Assembly: GCF_001462395.1 (NCBI RefSeq)
Contig: NZ_LNTB01000001.1
Location: 1,290,001 to 1,322,000 of the forward strand
Direction: 5' to 3'
Length of the DNA stretch: 32,000 nucleotides
Source of the DNA: Pyrodictium occultum
GTDB taxonomy: Archaea; Thermoproteota; Thermoprotei_A; Sulfolobales; Pyrodictiaceae
The notes beneath the pieces were generated by a model that was not told the origin of the DNA, ran no database searches, and worked only from the letters and a program-made list of their open reading frames with translations. Of the stretch, positions 22,947 through 30,203 are shown in pieces; the first letter of the stretch is position 1; every line of letters starts with the position of its first letter. The position numbers were made by a program, and so were the translations under genes.

Positions 22947-24107
22947 TTGAACCACCGCTCAGCAGCCCTCGCCCTGGCCGCCCTCGCCGCCTCGGCTGCC
23001 GCCCTCGCCCTGCTAGCAGGCTTCGCCACCACCCAGAGCCCGCTGAGCAGCTTCTACGCGGTGGGCTGCGCGCAGGCGCCCAACGAGCCCATAAGCCTCC
23101 AGCAGCTCGGCAGCATAACCATAGCCCCAGCCTCCGGGGCCGAGGGCTCTCTCGAGGAGCCCGAGTGGCTCAAGATAACAAGGCACAGTGATGTCGACTA
23201 TGTGAAGCTGGAGCTGAGCCTGGAGAACGCGGATCAGCTGCGCCGGCTCCTAGACTACCTAAGCATAGAGGTTAGGGAGGCATACCAGGTCTTCGAGGGC
23301 AACGTGACGACGGATCAGCCGTACTGTAAGAGGGCTCCTCAGGATGAGTGGCCGCACCTCTCCTGGGCCATAGACGGCCACGGGAAGGATATAGCCGAGA
23401 AGCTTAAGCACGTCCTGCGGGGCCACGTGCAGAAGGGAATAGACGTCGATGCCGCGGTGCAGGACATACTCAGCAGAGTCTCCTACGCCACCATAACCCT
23501 AGCCTACCGCAACTACACCTACAACGGCACCCTATACCTGGCCCCGGGCAACGGCACAGCAATCAACGAGACCCTCCACGAGATAGCCCGCCACCTGGTC
23601 CGGGGAAGCGGGATAGTGGTCCACACGCCCTACGCTGACGGTAGAGGCTTCCACCACGTAGTGATTGAGGCCGACACGCAGCCCCCAACACTGTTCTTCG
23701 ACTCCGCGGATTACGGCATAATAGTGGGCAACGGTACGAGCGGCCACAGGCCCGCGTCCGCTCTCAACTTCACCCTGCGGCTAGACTTCTACGATAGCTC
23801 CGGCAACTGGCTGTTCGCCATATGGTGGGACACGATCTACTACAGCTATGCCGGCGGCCGCTTTAACAACTGGGCCTCGTACGAGTATCTCAGCGTCGCC
23901 CGGCCGGTCCTCAAGCTGGGCAACGTTAGGGCCGTGCTCAGCCTGGGTAAGCCCAGCGCAGTGGTCGCTGTGGACGGGGACTCCTGGCTCTACGATGGAG
24001 GCCGGGCGGCGGTCCTGGGCGCCCGGGTGTACTACGAGGCTAGGGAGGGCGTGCTCTTCGACAGCGTGCCCCTGGTGATCAACGCCAGGGTGGTTGAGAC
24101 GGGCTAG
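22947..24107 (+). CDS. Large secreted paralog of the CanA/TasA-like filament-subunit candidate, with a sequon-rich insertion
   Basis: It shares the N-terminus AASAAALALLAGFATTQSPLSSFYAVG.AQAPNEP and the C-terminal blocks (LENADQL..LDYL, GKPSAV, YYEAREGVLFDSVPLVIN) with the 26060 product. Seven N-x-S/T sequons. TTG start. Confidence 0.75.
   Translation: MNHRSAALALAALAASAAALALLAGFATTQSPLSSFYAVGCAQAPNEPISLQQLGSITIAPASGAEGSLEEPEWLKITRHSDVDYVKLELSLENADQLRRLLDYLSIEVREAYQVFEGNVTTDQPYCKRAPQDEWPHLSWAIDGHGKDIAEKLKHVLRGHVQKGIDVDAAVQDILSRVSYATITLAYRNYTYNGTLYLAPGNGTAINETLHEIARHLVRGSGIVVHTPYADGRGFHHVVIEADTQPPTLFFDSADYGIIVGNGTSGHRPASALNFTLRLDFYDSSGNWLFAIWWDTIYYSYAGGRFNNWASYEYLSVARPVLKLGNVRAVLSLGKPSAVVAVDGDSWLYDGGRAAVLGARVYYEAREGVLFDSVPLVINARVVETG
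22982..23089 (+). repeat. Copy A of a 108-nt near-identical dispersed repeat (5' coding segment of the paralogs)
   Basis: By my alignment it matches 26090-26197 with 3 mismatches (ctcgCcgcc vs ctcgTcgcc; gggCTgc vs gggTGgc). Confidence 0.9.
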
Positions 24108-24119
24108 CCTCCTGGGCGC

Positions 24120-24614
24120 CTAGCCTCTCTCCACCCCCGCGTCCAGGGTCTCCGTCCTCGCCGGCCTGAGAATGCATCCACGCAGAAGCTCCGGGAGCTT
24201 CTCGAGGACCACCCGCGCCCCGGGGGTTAGGGGCAGCTGGAGGGCCTCCCGGTAGGGGAAGAACCTGGCATCCGCGGCGTCGCTCCCGCCCCGGGGCTCG
24301 CCGCCCCGGTACCTCATCAGCACGTCCATTATGACGTAGTGCTCGGGGCCCACGGGGCCCATGGCCAGCAGCTCGTGGATATGCACCACCCCCAGGGGCT
24401 CTGCGTCCACCCCGGTCTCCTCCATGAGCTCCCTCCGGGCCGCCTCCAGCACGGTCTCCCCGGGCTCCAGGTGGCCCCCGGGGAAGCTCCAGAGCCCAGG
24501 GAAGGGCGGGTAGCGGCGCTTCACGAGGAGCACCCTGAGCCCCGCCCCCTGCCCGAGGGCCACTATCGCGCCCACGCCCACCACTGGGCCGTGGAGCCCA
24601 CCCCTCCTGGACAA
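24120..24614 (-). CDS. Nudix hydrolase
   Basis: Nudix box [24 protein letters not shown] (GX5EX7REUXEEXGU). 164 aa. Confidence 0.9.
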   Translation of the reverse strand: MSRRGGLHGPVVGVGAIVALGQGAGLRVLLVKRRYPPFPGLWSFPGGHLEPGETVLEAARRELMEETGVDAEPLGVVHIHELLAMGPVGPEHYVIMDVLMRYRGGEPRGGSDAADARFFPYREALQLPLTPGARVVLEKLPELLRGCILRPARTETLDAGVERG

Positions 24615-24696
24615 GCCCGGCCGGCACCCCAGGGGTGTGTAAACCGGGGGCCCAGGGGCTCTTAGACCGTGGCCCCTCGACGCCCCTGGGGCGCCA

Positions 24697-24936
24697 CTAC
24701 TCCTCGAGGGGCTCGGCCCCCAGCACCTCCCTGGCCACCTCGTCCACCTCCCCGCCGCGGGCCTCCCTGAACCTCCTCGAGAGCAGCTCCTGGGCCTGCC
24801 TGTAGGCCCTCTCCAGCCTCTCGAAGGGTATGTATATCAGCTCCCCGCCGCCCGTCTCCAGGAAGACCACGAAGCGCCTACGGGGATAGTCGACCGCCAC
24901 GTGGAGGCACGGCGGCTCCTCGCACTCGTAGCTCAT
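24697..24936 (-). CDS. Small hypothetical protein (79 aa)
   Basis: ATG start about 37-42 nt from a shared TATAAA. Protein-like composition. I recognise no family. Confidence 0.5.
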   Translation of the reverse strand: MSYECEEPPCLHVAVDYPRRRFVVFLETGGGELIYIPFERLERAYRQAQELLSRRFREARGGEVDEVAREVLGAEPLEE

Positions 24937-24972
24937 CCGGCCTCCCGGGGGGCTCCCCCGGGGCCCCGGCGC

Positions 24973-24978
24973 TATAAA
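24973..24978. promoter_or_regulatory. Bidirectional TATA box (TATAAA / TTTATA) between divergent genes
   Basis: It is the only AT-rich hexamer in the 62-nt gap between 24936 (minus start) and 24999 (plus start). Confidence 0.5.
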
Positions 24979-24998
24979 CCGGGGGCCCGGGGGCGCCG

Positions 24999-25922
24999 GT
25001 GTGGGGGTGCCATTTGCCCGTCCTGCGGGTCAGGGCTGCGGGCCTAGAGCTGGAGCACCCGGTTATGAATGCAAGCGGCATCCTGGGCTCCAGGCCTGAG
25101 GCGCTGGAGAGGCTCGCGCGCGCCGGCTCCGCGGCGCTGGTCACGAAGTCCTTCACCCGCGAGCCGCGGAGCGGCTACCCGACGCCGATAGCCGTGCCCA
25201 TCCCCCAGGGCCTGCTCAACGCCGTGGGGCTCTCGAACCCGGGGCTCGAGGCGCTCCCAGGGCTCCTGGAGAGGATCCGGGGGCTGGGCAAGCCGGTGAT
25301 CGTCAGCATAGCTGGCTCCACCCCGGAGGAGTTCGCCGAGATAGCGGCCGCTGCCGAGGAGGCGGGCGCGGCGGCGGTGGAGCTGAACCTCAGCTGCCCC
25401 CACGCGAGGGGAAGGGGCCTCGAGATAGGCATGGACCCCGTCGCGGTCAGGGAGGTGGCCGGCGCCGCCGCCTCCACGGTGACCATACCGGTGCTCGCCA
25501 AGCTCGGCGTGGTGGATAGGCTCGTGGAGGTTGCCGGCAAGGCGCTCGAGGCAGGGGCGAGGGGCCTGGTGCTCATAAACACCATACGGGCCATGGCTAT
25601 CGACGTCTACGCCATGAAGCCCGTCCTGGGTCACGGCGTGGGCGGGCTCTCGGGCCCCGCCATCCACCCCGTGGCGGTGCGCGCGGTCTACGAGGTCTAC
25701 CGGGAGTACAGGACCGACATAATAGGGGTGGGCGGGGTCGAGGACTGGCGCACAGCGGCGGAGATGATCCTAGCCGGCGCCCGGGCGGTACAGGTTGGCA
25801 CCGCGGTAATAACCAGAGGCGAGACAGTCATAAGCGAGATAGTACAAGGGCTCCAGAAGTACCTCCAGGAAGTAGGCGCCACGAGCATCCAAGACGTTGT
25901 GGGAGCAGCCCACAAAAACTAG
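24999..25922 (+). CDS. pyrD: Dihydroorotate dehydrogenase catalytic subunit (class 1)
   Basis: Motifs LELEHPVMNASGILG, VTKSFT, NAVGLSNPG, IVSIAG, ELNLSCPH, GGLSGPAIHP and GVGGV. The start is uncertain (GTG 24999 or TTG 25014). Confidence 0.9.
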   Translation: MWGCHLPVLRVRAAGLELEHPVMNASGILGSRPEALERLARAGSAALVTKSFTREPRSGYPTPIAVPIPQGLLNAVGLSNPGLEALPGLLERIRGLGKPVIVSIAGSTPEEFAEIAAAAEEAGAAAVELNLSCPHARGRGLEIGMDPVAVREVAGAAASTVTIPVLAKLGVVDRLVEVAGKALEAGARGLVLINTIRAMAIDVYAMKPVLGHGVGGLSGPAIHPVAVRAVYEVYREYRTDIIGVGGVEDWRTAAEMILAGARAVQVGTAVITRGETVISEIVQGLQKYLQEVGATSIQDVVGAAHKN

Positions 25923-26000
25923 CACAGCAAAAAGAAGAGCAAGCATAACAGGCATATTAACACGCGTAGCATATTACCAGAATGGGTCATGATTAGATAG

Positions 26001-26009
26001 TTTTTATTT
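26001..26009 (+). promoter_or_regulatory. Strong TATA box in a ~130-nt AT-rich promoter region for the small CanA/TasA-like gene
   Basis: TTTTTATTT lies within the conspicuously AT-rich stretch 25923-26035. GGTGAGG Shine-Dalgarno at 26050-26056 precedes ATG 26060. Confidence 0.65.
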
Positions 26010-26059
26010 CCCCGAAGTCGCCCTCATTTACATGACCCGTGAAGGGTCTGGTGAGGCGT

Positions 26060-26569
26060 ATGAGGTACACGAGCCTGGCTCTAGCCGGCCTCGTCGCCTC
26101 GGCTGCCGCCCTCGCCCTGCTAGCAGGCTTCGCCACCACCCAGAGCCCGCTGAGCAGCTTCTACGCGGTGGGTGGCGCGCAGGCGCCCAACGAGCCCGTC
26201 ACCATAACCAGCAACCTCAGCGGCATATCGCCCGCCGCCGGCGCGCAGGGCGATGCCGACATAGGCACTGTGACGGTGAAGGCCGGCAGCAACGTGAACG
26301 TTGTGAAGATAAGGGCCACCCTCGCCAACGCCGAGCAGCTGAAGAAGTACTTCGACTACCTGGAGATAACCATAGCCAACGACAACGGCGAGGCTAAGGC
26401 CATGGTGAGCCTGGAGAAGCCCAGCGCCGTCATAGTGCTCGACCAGAACGACATAGGCGGTGACAACCAGGCGACGCTGAGCTTCCACGCCTACTACGAG
26501 GTCAAGGAGGGCATGCTGTTCGACAGCATGCCGGTGATCTTCAACTTCCAGGTGCTCAGCACCAGCTAA
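26060..26569 (+). CDS. Small secreted CanA/TasA-like filament-subunit candidate (169 aa precursor)
   Basis: The signal/anchor MRYTSLALAGLVASAAALALLAGFATTQSPLSSFYAVG is followed by a beta-rich body ending YYEVKEGMLFDSMPVIFNFQVLSTS. One sequon (NLS). Strong promoter and SD. The track start GTG 26039 is also possible. Confidence 0.85.
   Translation: MRYTSLALAGLVASAAALALLAGFATTQSPLSSFYAVGGAQAPNEPVTITSNLSGISPAAGAQGDADIGTVTVKAGSNVNVVKIRATLANAEQLKKYFDYLEITIANDNGEAKAMVSLEKPSAVIVLDQNDIGGDNQATLSFHAYYEVKEGMLFDSMPVIFNFQVLSTS
26090..26197 (+). repeat. Copy B of the 108-nt near-identical dispersed repeat
   Basis: Matches 22982-23089 (see copy A). Confidence 0.9.
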
Positions 26570-26730
26570 GGCGCGGGGGCGGCAGCCTCCAGAAGCCAAA
26601 CCCCATCCTTTTACCCCCTACACTTGGCTCCTAACATTCCTCGCCACTCTCACCTCCCTTGTGGAGACTCCTGGCCTCTAATCCACATCTCCGTCTTGCC
26701 GGACTTCTCCCGAGCTTCCTCGTTTAATGC

Positions 26731-26738
26731 ATATAAAT
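26731..26738. promoter_or_regulatory. Orphan strong TATA element (ATATAAAT) with no ORF downstream on either strand
   Basis: It lies in the 300-nt noncoding stretch between the CanA-like gene and tRNA-Ile, about 133 nt upstream of the tRNA 5' end. Confidence 0.4.
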
Positions 26739-26870
26739 GTGTTAGAGGTCTTTCAAGCCGTTTCTTATCTACCGGGTTGTCGTGGCGGATGCCGGGCTGG
26801 TCGGGGGCCTGGCCGTAGTGCTGAAATATCCCCGGTCCGCTCCATCGCGTTAGTACTGGGGCCTGCAGAC

Positions 26871-26947
26871 GGGCCCGTAGCTCAGCCCGGCGGAGCGCCC
26901 GGCTGATAACCGGGAGGTCGGGGGTTCGAATCCCCCCGGGCCCACCA
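26871..26947 (+). tRNA. tRNA-Ile (anticodon GAT), CCA encoded
   Basis: Cloverleaf read by hand. Acceptor GGGCCCG/CGGGCCC. D stem GCTC/GAGC. Anticodon stem CCCGG/CCGGG with loop CTGATAA. Variable loop AGGTC. T arm GGGGG-TTCGAAT-CCCCC. Discriminator A, then CCA. Confidence 0.95.
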
Positions 26948-27010
26948 CCTCCTCCGGCCCCGGAGGGACGGGGCCTGCTGCTCTTCCATCTGGTTCTCCT
27001 GCCGGCTCCC

Positions 27011-27040
27011 TCTTTAGGGGCTGGTTCTTTAGGGGCTGGT
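27011..27040 (+). repeat. Perfect tandem duplication of a 15-mer (TCTTTAGGGGCTGGT x2)
   Basis: Read directly from the sequence. It lies between tRNA-Ile and the PGI/PMI gene. Each unit carries a short T-run. Confidence 0.9.
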
Positions 27041-27075
27041 GTCTTCCTTCCCCGCGGCGCTGTTCTAAGGGGTGC

Positions 27076-28080
27076 GTGGGCGGGATGGCCGGGTTCTACG
27101 AGTATTATCTTGGCTGGGCTGGGCCTGCCCGGCGCGCCTATTCCTCTGGGGTGGCGCTGCAGCTGCCCCAGGGCTATGCCAGGGCCGGGGAGGTGGTGGT
27201 CTGTGGCATGGGTGGTAGCGGTGCTGCTGGCGACTATCTCGCCGCCCTGTCGGCCCGGTATGGCGGGCTCCCGGTCTACGTTGTGAAGTCGGCTGAGCCG
27301 CCGGCGTGGGTGCGGGGGAGCCTTGTCTATGCGGTGAGCTTCTCGGGTAACACTAGGGAGACGCTGAGCTGTGCCTCGCGCGCCTATAGGCTCGGCGGCC
27401 TGGTAGTCGCGGTCACCACTGGTGGGAGGCTGGCCTCCTGGGCACGGAGCGTGGGGGCGCCGGTGGCGCTGGTGGAGGAGGCTCCTGCCCCGCGGGCGGG
27501 GTGGCCGCAGCTCTTCTACACGCTGCTGGGCAGCCTGAAGGCGGCTGGGTTGATCCAGGTGCCCGAGAGCCATGTGGAGGAGTCTCTGCAGCTTCTCGGG
27601 GAGCGTGAGAGGGCTGAGGCCGAGGCCGGGGAGCTTGTGGCGTGGCTCCGGGAGAGCCGGGGGAGGCTGGCGGTTCTGGCGCCAGAGCCCTACTACCCGG
27701 TGGCGGTGAGGGCTGTGAGCGAGCTCGCCGAGAATGCTAAGACCTCCGCTGTGGCTATGCAGGTGCCGGAGGCGGGGCATAACCTTCTCGAGGCGCTGGC
27801 GAGGGATGGTGACTCCAGGCTACTCCTCATAGACCCTGGGGAGGAGCCGTGGAGCACTCTCCTCCATGAATTCGCGGGCCTCGCGAGGCCCGCCAGCATA
27901 CATGTGGCTAGGCTGCAGGGCGGGAGCCCGCTCTCCAGGATGGTGTGGGGCACCTGGCTGGCGGGCCTGGCCTCTGTCCGCCTAGCGCTGGAGGAGGGCC
28001 TGGAGCCGGAGCCAGTGAAGACTATCAAGGCTTTCCGCCGCGTGGTGGAGGAGACTAGCGGCTGGGATGCCCACAGCTAG
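27076..28080 (+). CDS. Bifunctional phosphoglucose/phosphomannose isomerase (archaeal PGI/PMI, SIS domain)
   Basis: Motifs VVVCGMGGSGAAGDYL, YAVSFSGNTRETL and VAVTTGGRLA; about 330 aa. This matches the crenarchaeal PGI/PMI family as I remember it. Start is GTG 27076 or ATG 27085. Confidence 0.85.
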   Translation: MGGMAGFYEYYLGWAGPARRAYSSGVALQLPQGYARAGEVVVCGMGGSGAAGDYLAALSARYGGLPVYVVKSAEPPAWVRGSLVYAVSFSGNTRETLSCASRAYRLGGLVVAVTTGGRLASWARSVGAPVALVEEAPAPRAGWPQLFYTLLGSLKAAGLIQVPESHVEESLQLLGERERAEAEAGELVAWLRESRGRLAVLAPEPYYPVAVRAVSELAENAKTSAVAMQVPEAGHNLLEALARDGDSRLLLIDPGEEPWSTLLHEFAGLARPASIHVARLQGGSPLSRMVWGTWLAGLASVRLALEEGLEPEPVKTIKAFRRVVEETSGWDAHS

Positions 28081-28124
28081 CCCCAGGCCGCCGCGCCCTC
28101 CAGGCCCCCGGGATTGCAAGGGGT

Positions 28125-28135
28125 AATTTTTAATA
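28125..28135 (+). promoter_or_regulatory. TATA box for the small Lys-rich protein gene
   Basis: AATTTTTAATA is centred about 27-30 nt upstream of ATG 28160. GGAGGTG at 28162-28168 precedes the alternative ATG 28175. Confidence 0.6.
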
Positions 28136-28159
28136 GAGCTTGGCCGGCCCGTCCCCGGC

Positions 28160-28426
28160 ATGGAGGTGGGTGCTATGGCTAGCGAGTACCTCTCCAAGCT
28201 GAAGGACCTGATAAAGCCCAAGGCCCAGGAGAAGGGGATAAAGGTGATGGTTGTTGGCTCGACCATGAAGCTCGTCAAGGACGGCAACACCGTGATGAAC
28301 ATCGCCGACAAGGGCGAGATAGTTGAGCTGAGCTTCAAGGGCAAGAAGTACACCTACGACAAGTGGTACACCAAGCCCGAGCACCTCGCGGCGACGATAA
28401 CCAGGACCCTCGACGTCCAGCTCTAG
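28160..28426 (+). CDS. Small Lys-rich hypothetical protein (83-88 aa), probably highly expressed
   Basis: The translation is clean and non-GC-biased (MASEYLSKLKDLIKPKAQEKGIKVMVVGSTMKLVKDGNTVMNIADKGEIVELSFKGKKYTYDKWYTKPEHL...). It has a strong TATA and SD. I recognise no family. Confidence 0.65.
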   Translation: MEVGAMASEYLSKLKDLIKPKAQEKGIKVMVVGSTMKLVKDGNTVMNIADKGEIVELSFKGKKYTYDKWYTKPEHLAATITRTLDVQL

Positions 28427-28512
28427 GATGGGGCCTTGGGCCGCCCTCTGGGCGGAGCAGCACCGGCCGGTTTTTAGCCCCCGGGGGCAGGGGAGGGCAG
28501 AGGACCCTAGGG

Positions 28513-30198
28513 CTACGAGCCCCCGCCGCCCTGGTCCTCGTAGCAGTAGTGCTTCCGGGCCTCCTCCAGGCTTATCCTCCCCTCGGCTAGGTCGCGCTCG
28601 ACCAGCTCCCTGGGCCTGGCGCAGGGGTCGCCATAGCCCCCGCCGCCTGGGGTCTCGATGTAGATAGTGTCGCCCCTACTCAGCACCAGGGTTGTCTTAG
28701 AGGCCAGCTCCAGCCTCTCGCCGCTCCCCCTCACGAGGAGGGCGCGGAAGGGGGCGCCGGGGCCGCCGCCCTCCAGGCCCCAGGGCCTGGTCCTCGAGCG
28801 CTCCGCATACACTGTCGCCACCACCCCATCCTCGAGGACGGTTATCGCGCGTACAACCCCCAGGCCGCCCCTCCAGCGGCCCGGGCCCCCGCTCCCTGGC
28901 CTCAGCTCGTACCTCCTGAAGCGCAGTGGATACTCCGCCTCCGCCACCTCCACCGGGGTGTTGAGGGTGTTGGTCATGTTGGTCTGGACCCCGTCGACCC
29001 CGTCGCAGCAGGGCCTAGCGCCAGCGCCGCAGCCTATGGTTTCGTAGAACACCCAGCCTCTCCCGGCGAGTATCAGGTTGCTCATCGTCCCGCAGCTTGC
29101 CGCCGGCACCCTGCCCGGGAACGCCTCGGCGAGGGCCCGGAGCACGACGTCCGCTATCCTCTGGGAGGTCTCCACGTTGCCCCCGCCGACCGGGGCCGGC
29201 GGCCTGGGGTTCACCAGGGTGCCCTCGGGCGCGTGGATCTCGGCGACGCGGTAGAAGCCGCTGTTCATGGGCATATCGGGGTCGAGCACGGTCTTCAGGG
29301 CGTAGGTTGTAGCTGCCACTGTGACCCCGTAGACGGCGTTGAGGGGCTCCTCGACCTGGGGGCTGGTGCCGGAGAAGTCTACCCTCACCCTTGACCTGGT
29401 GACCTCGAGCCGGGCCCGTATCCGGAGCAGCCTGCCGGAGGCGGTCTCGAGGCCGTCCTCCGCCTCGTAGACTCCCCCGCCGTGCTCCTCCACGAGGCGG
29501 GCCAGCACGCTGCGGGTGTAGCGCTCAGTATAGCCGAGTATCTCCCTCCAGGCCTCCAGCAGCGTGCCGGTGCCGTAGCGGCCCGCGAGCTCCCTTATCC
29601 TCTCGGCGCCCCTCCTCAGCGCGGCCAGTTGTGCCATCGCGTCGCCCCTCACCCTCCCCGGCTCCCTGACGTTGGCCTCCAGGAGCCGGAGCACGTCCCA
29701 GCGGACACGGCCCGCCTCCACCAGCTTGACCGGCGGGACCACGAGGCCCTCGTCCCTGAGGCTCCTGGCCCCGGGGCCTATGCCCCCGGGCACGCAGCCC
29801 CCCACGTCCACGTAGTGGGCCTTGCACGCGACGTAGGCCGCCAGCCTCCCGCCGGCGTGGACGGGCGCCAGCATCATGACGTCGTTGATGTGAGTGCCGG
29901 TGAGGTACGGGTCGTTGGACACCACCACGTCCCCGGGGCCGGGCTCGACGCCGAGCCTCTCCAGCTCCCCGAGCACCGCCCTGGCGCCGACGGGCATGCT
30001 GCCCAGGTGGACGGGTATGTGCTCCGCCTGCGCCACCAGCTCGCCCTCGGGGCTGAGGACCGCGCAGGAGAAGTCCAGCCGGTCCCGTATATTCGGGCTC
30101 ATTGACGCGTTGCGGAGCACAACCCCCATCTCCTCGGCGGCCGCTATAGCGGCGTGCCTCACCACCTCCACGGTAACCCGGTCGACCATCCCCGCCAC
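28513..30198 (-). CDS. hyuB: Hydantoinase B / 5-oxoprolinase family subunit
   Basis: Motifs SPNIRDRLDFSCAV, DPYLTGTHINDV, GGGNVETSQRI and TPGGGGYGDP are typical of HyuB/oxoprolinase B. It starts 5 nt after the hyuA stop. Confidence 0.9.
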   Translation of the reverse strand: MAGMVDRVTVEVVRHAAIAAAEEMGVVLRNASMSPNIRDRLDFSCAVLSPEGELVAQAEHIPVHLGSMPVGARAVLGELERLGVEPGPGDVVVSNDPYLTGTHINDVMMLAPVHAGGRLAAYVACKAHYVDVGGCVPGGIGPGARSLRDEGLVVPPVKLVEAGRVRWDVLRLLEANVREPGRVRGDAMAQLAALRRGAERIRELAGRYGTGTLLEAWREILGYTERYTRSVLARLVEEHGGGVYEAEDGLETASGRLLRIRARLEVTRSRVRVDFSGTSPQVEEPLNAVYGVTVAATTYALKTVLDPDMPMNSGFYRVAEIHAPEGTLVNPRPPAPVGGGNVETSQRIADVVLRALAEAFPGRVPAASCGTMSNLILAGRGWVFYETIGCGAGARPCCDGVDGVQTNMTNTLNTPVEVAEAEYPLRFRRYELRPGSGGPGRWRGGLGVVRAITVLEDGVVATVYAERSRTRPWGLEGGGPGAPFRALLVRGSGERLELASKTTLVLSRGDTIYIETPGGGGYGDPCARPRELVERDLAEGRISLEEARKHYCYEDQGGGGS

Positions 30199-30203
30199 CC
30201 CTC

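Noticed and set aside
24999-25922. pyrD lacks an adjacent pyrK electron-transfer subunit gene
   Set aside because: Gene order for pyrimidine biosynthesis is variable in archaea and pyrK could lie elsewhere. This is not evidence of anything unusual.
26786-26824. GGATGC ... CTGA as a possible C/D sRNA upstream of tRNA-Ile
   Set aside because: The C-box match is only 4 of 7 positions, and the spacer is too short for a two-guide sRNA.
26650-27780. 376-aa minus-strand ORF
   Set aside because: It runs through tRNA-Ile, an intergenic tandem repeat and the PGI/PMI gene in antisense. The product is Pro/Arg/Gly-rich.
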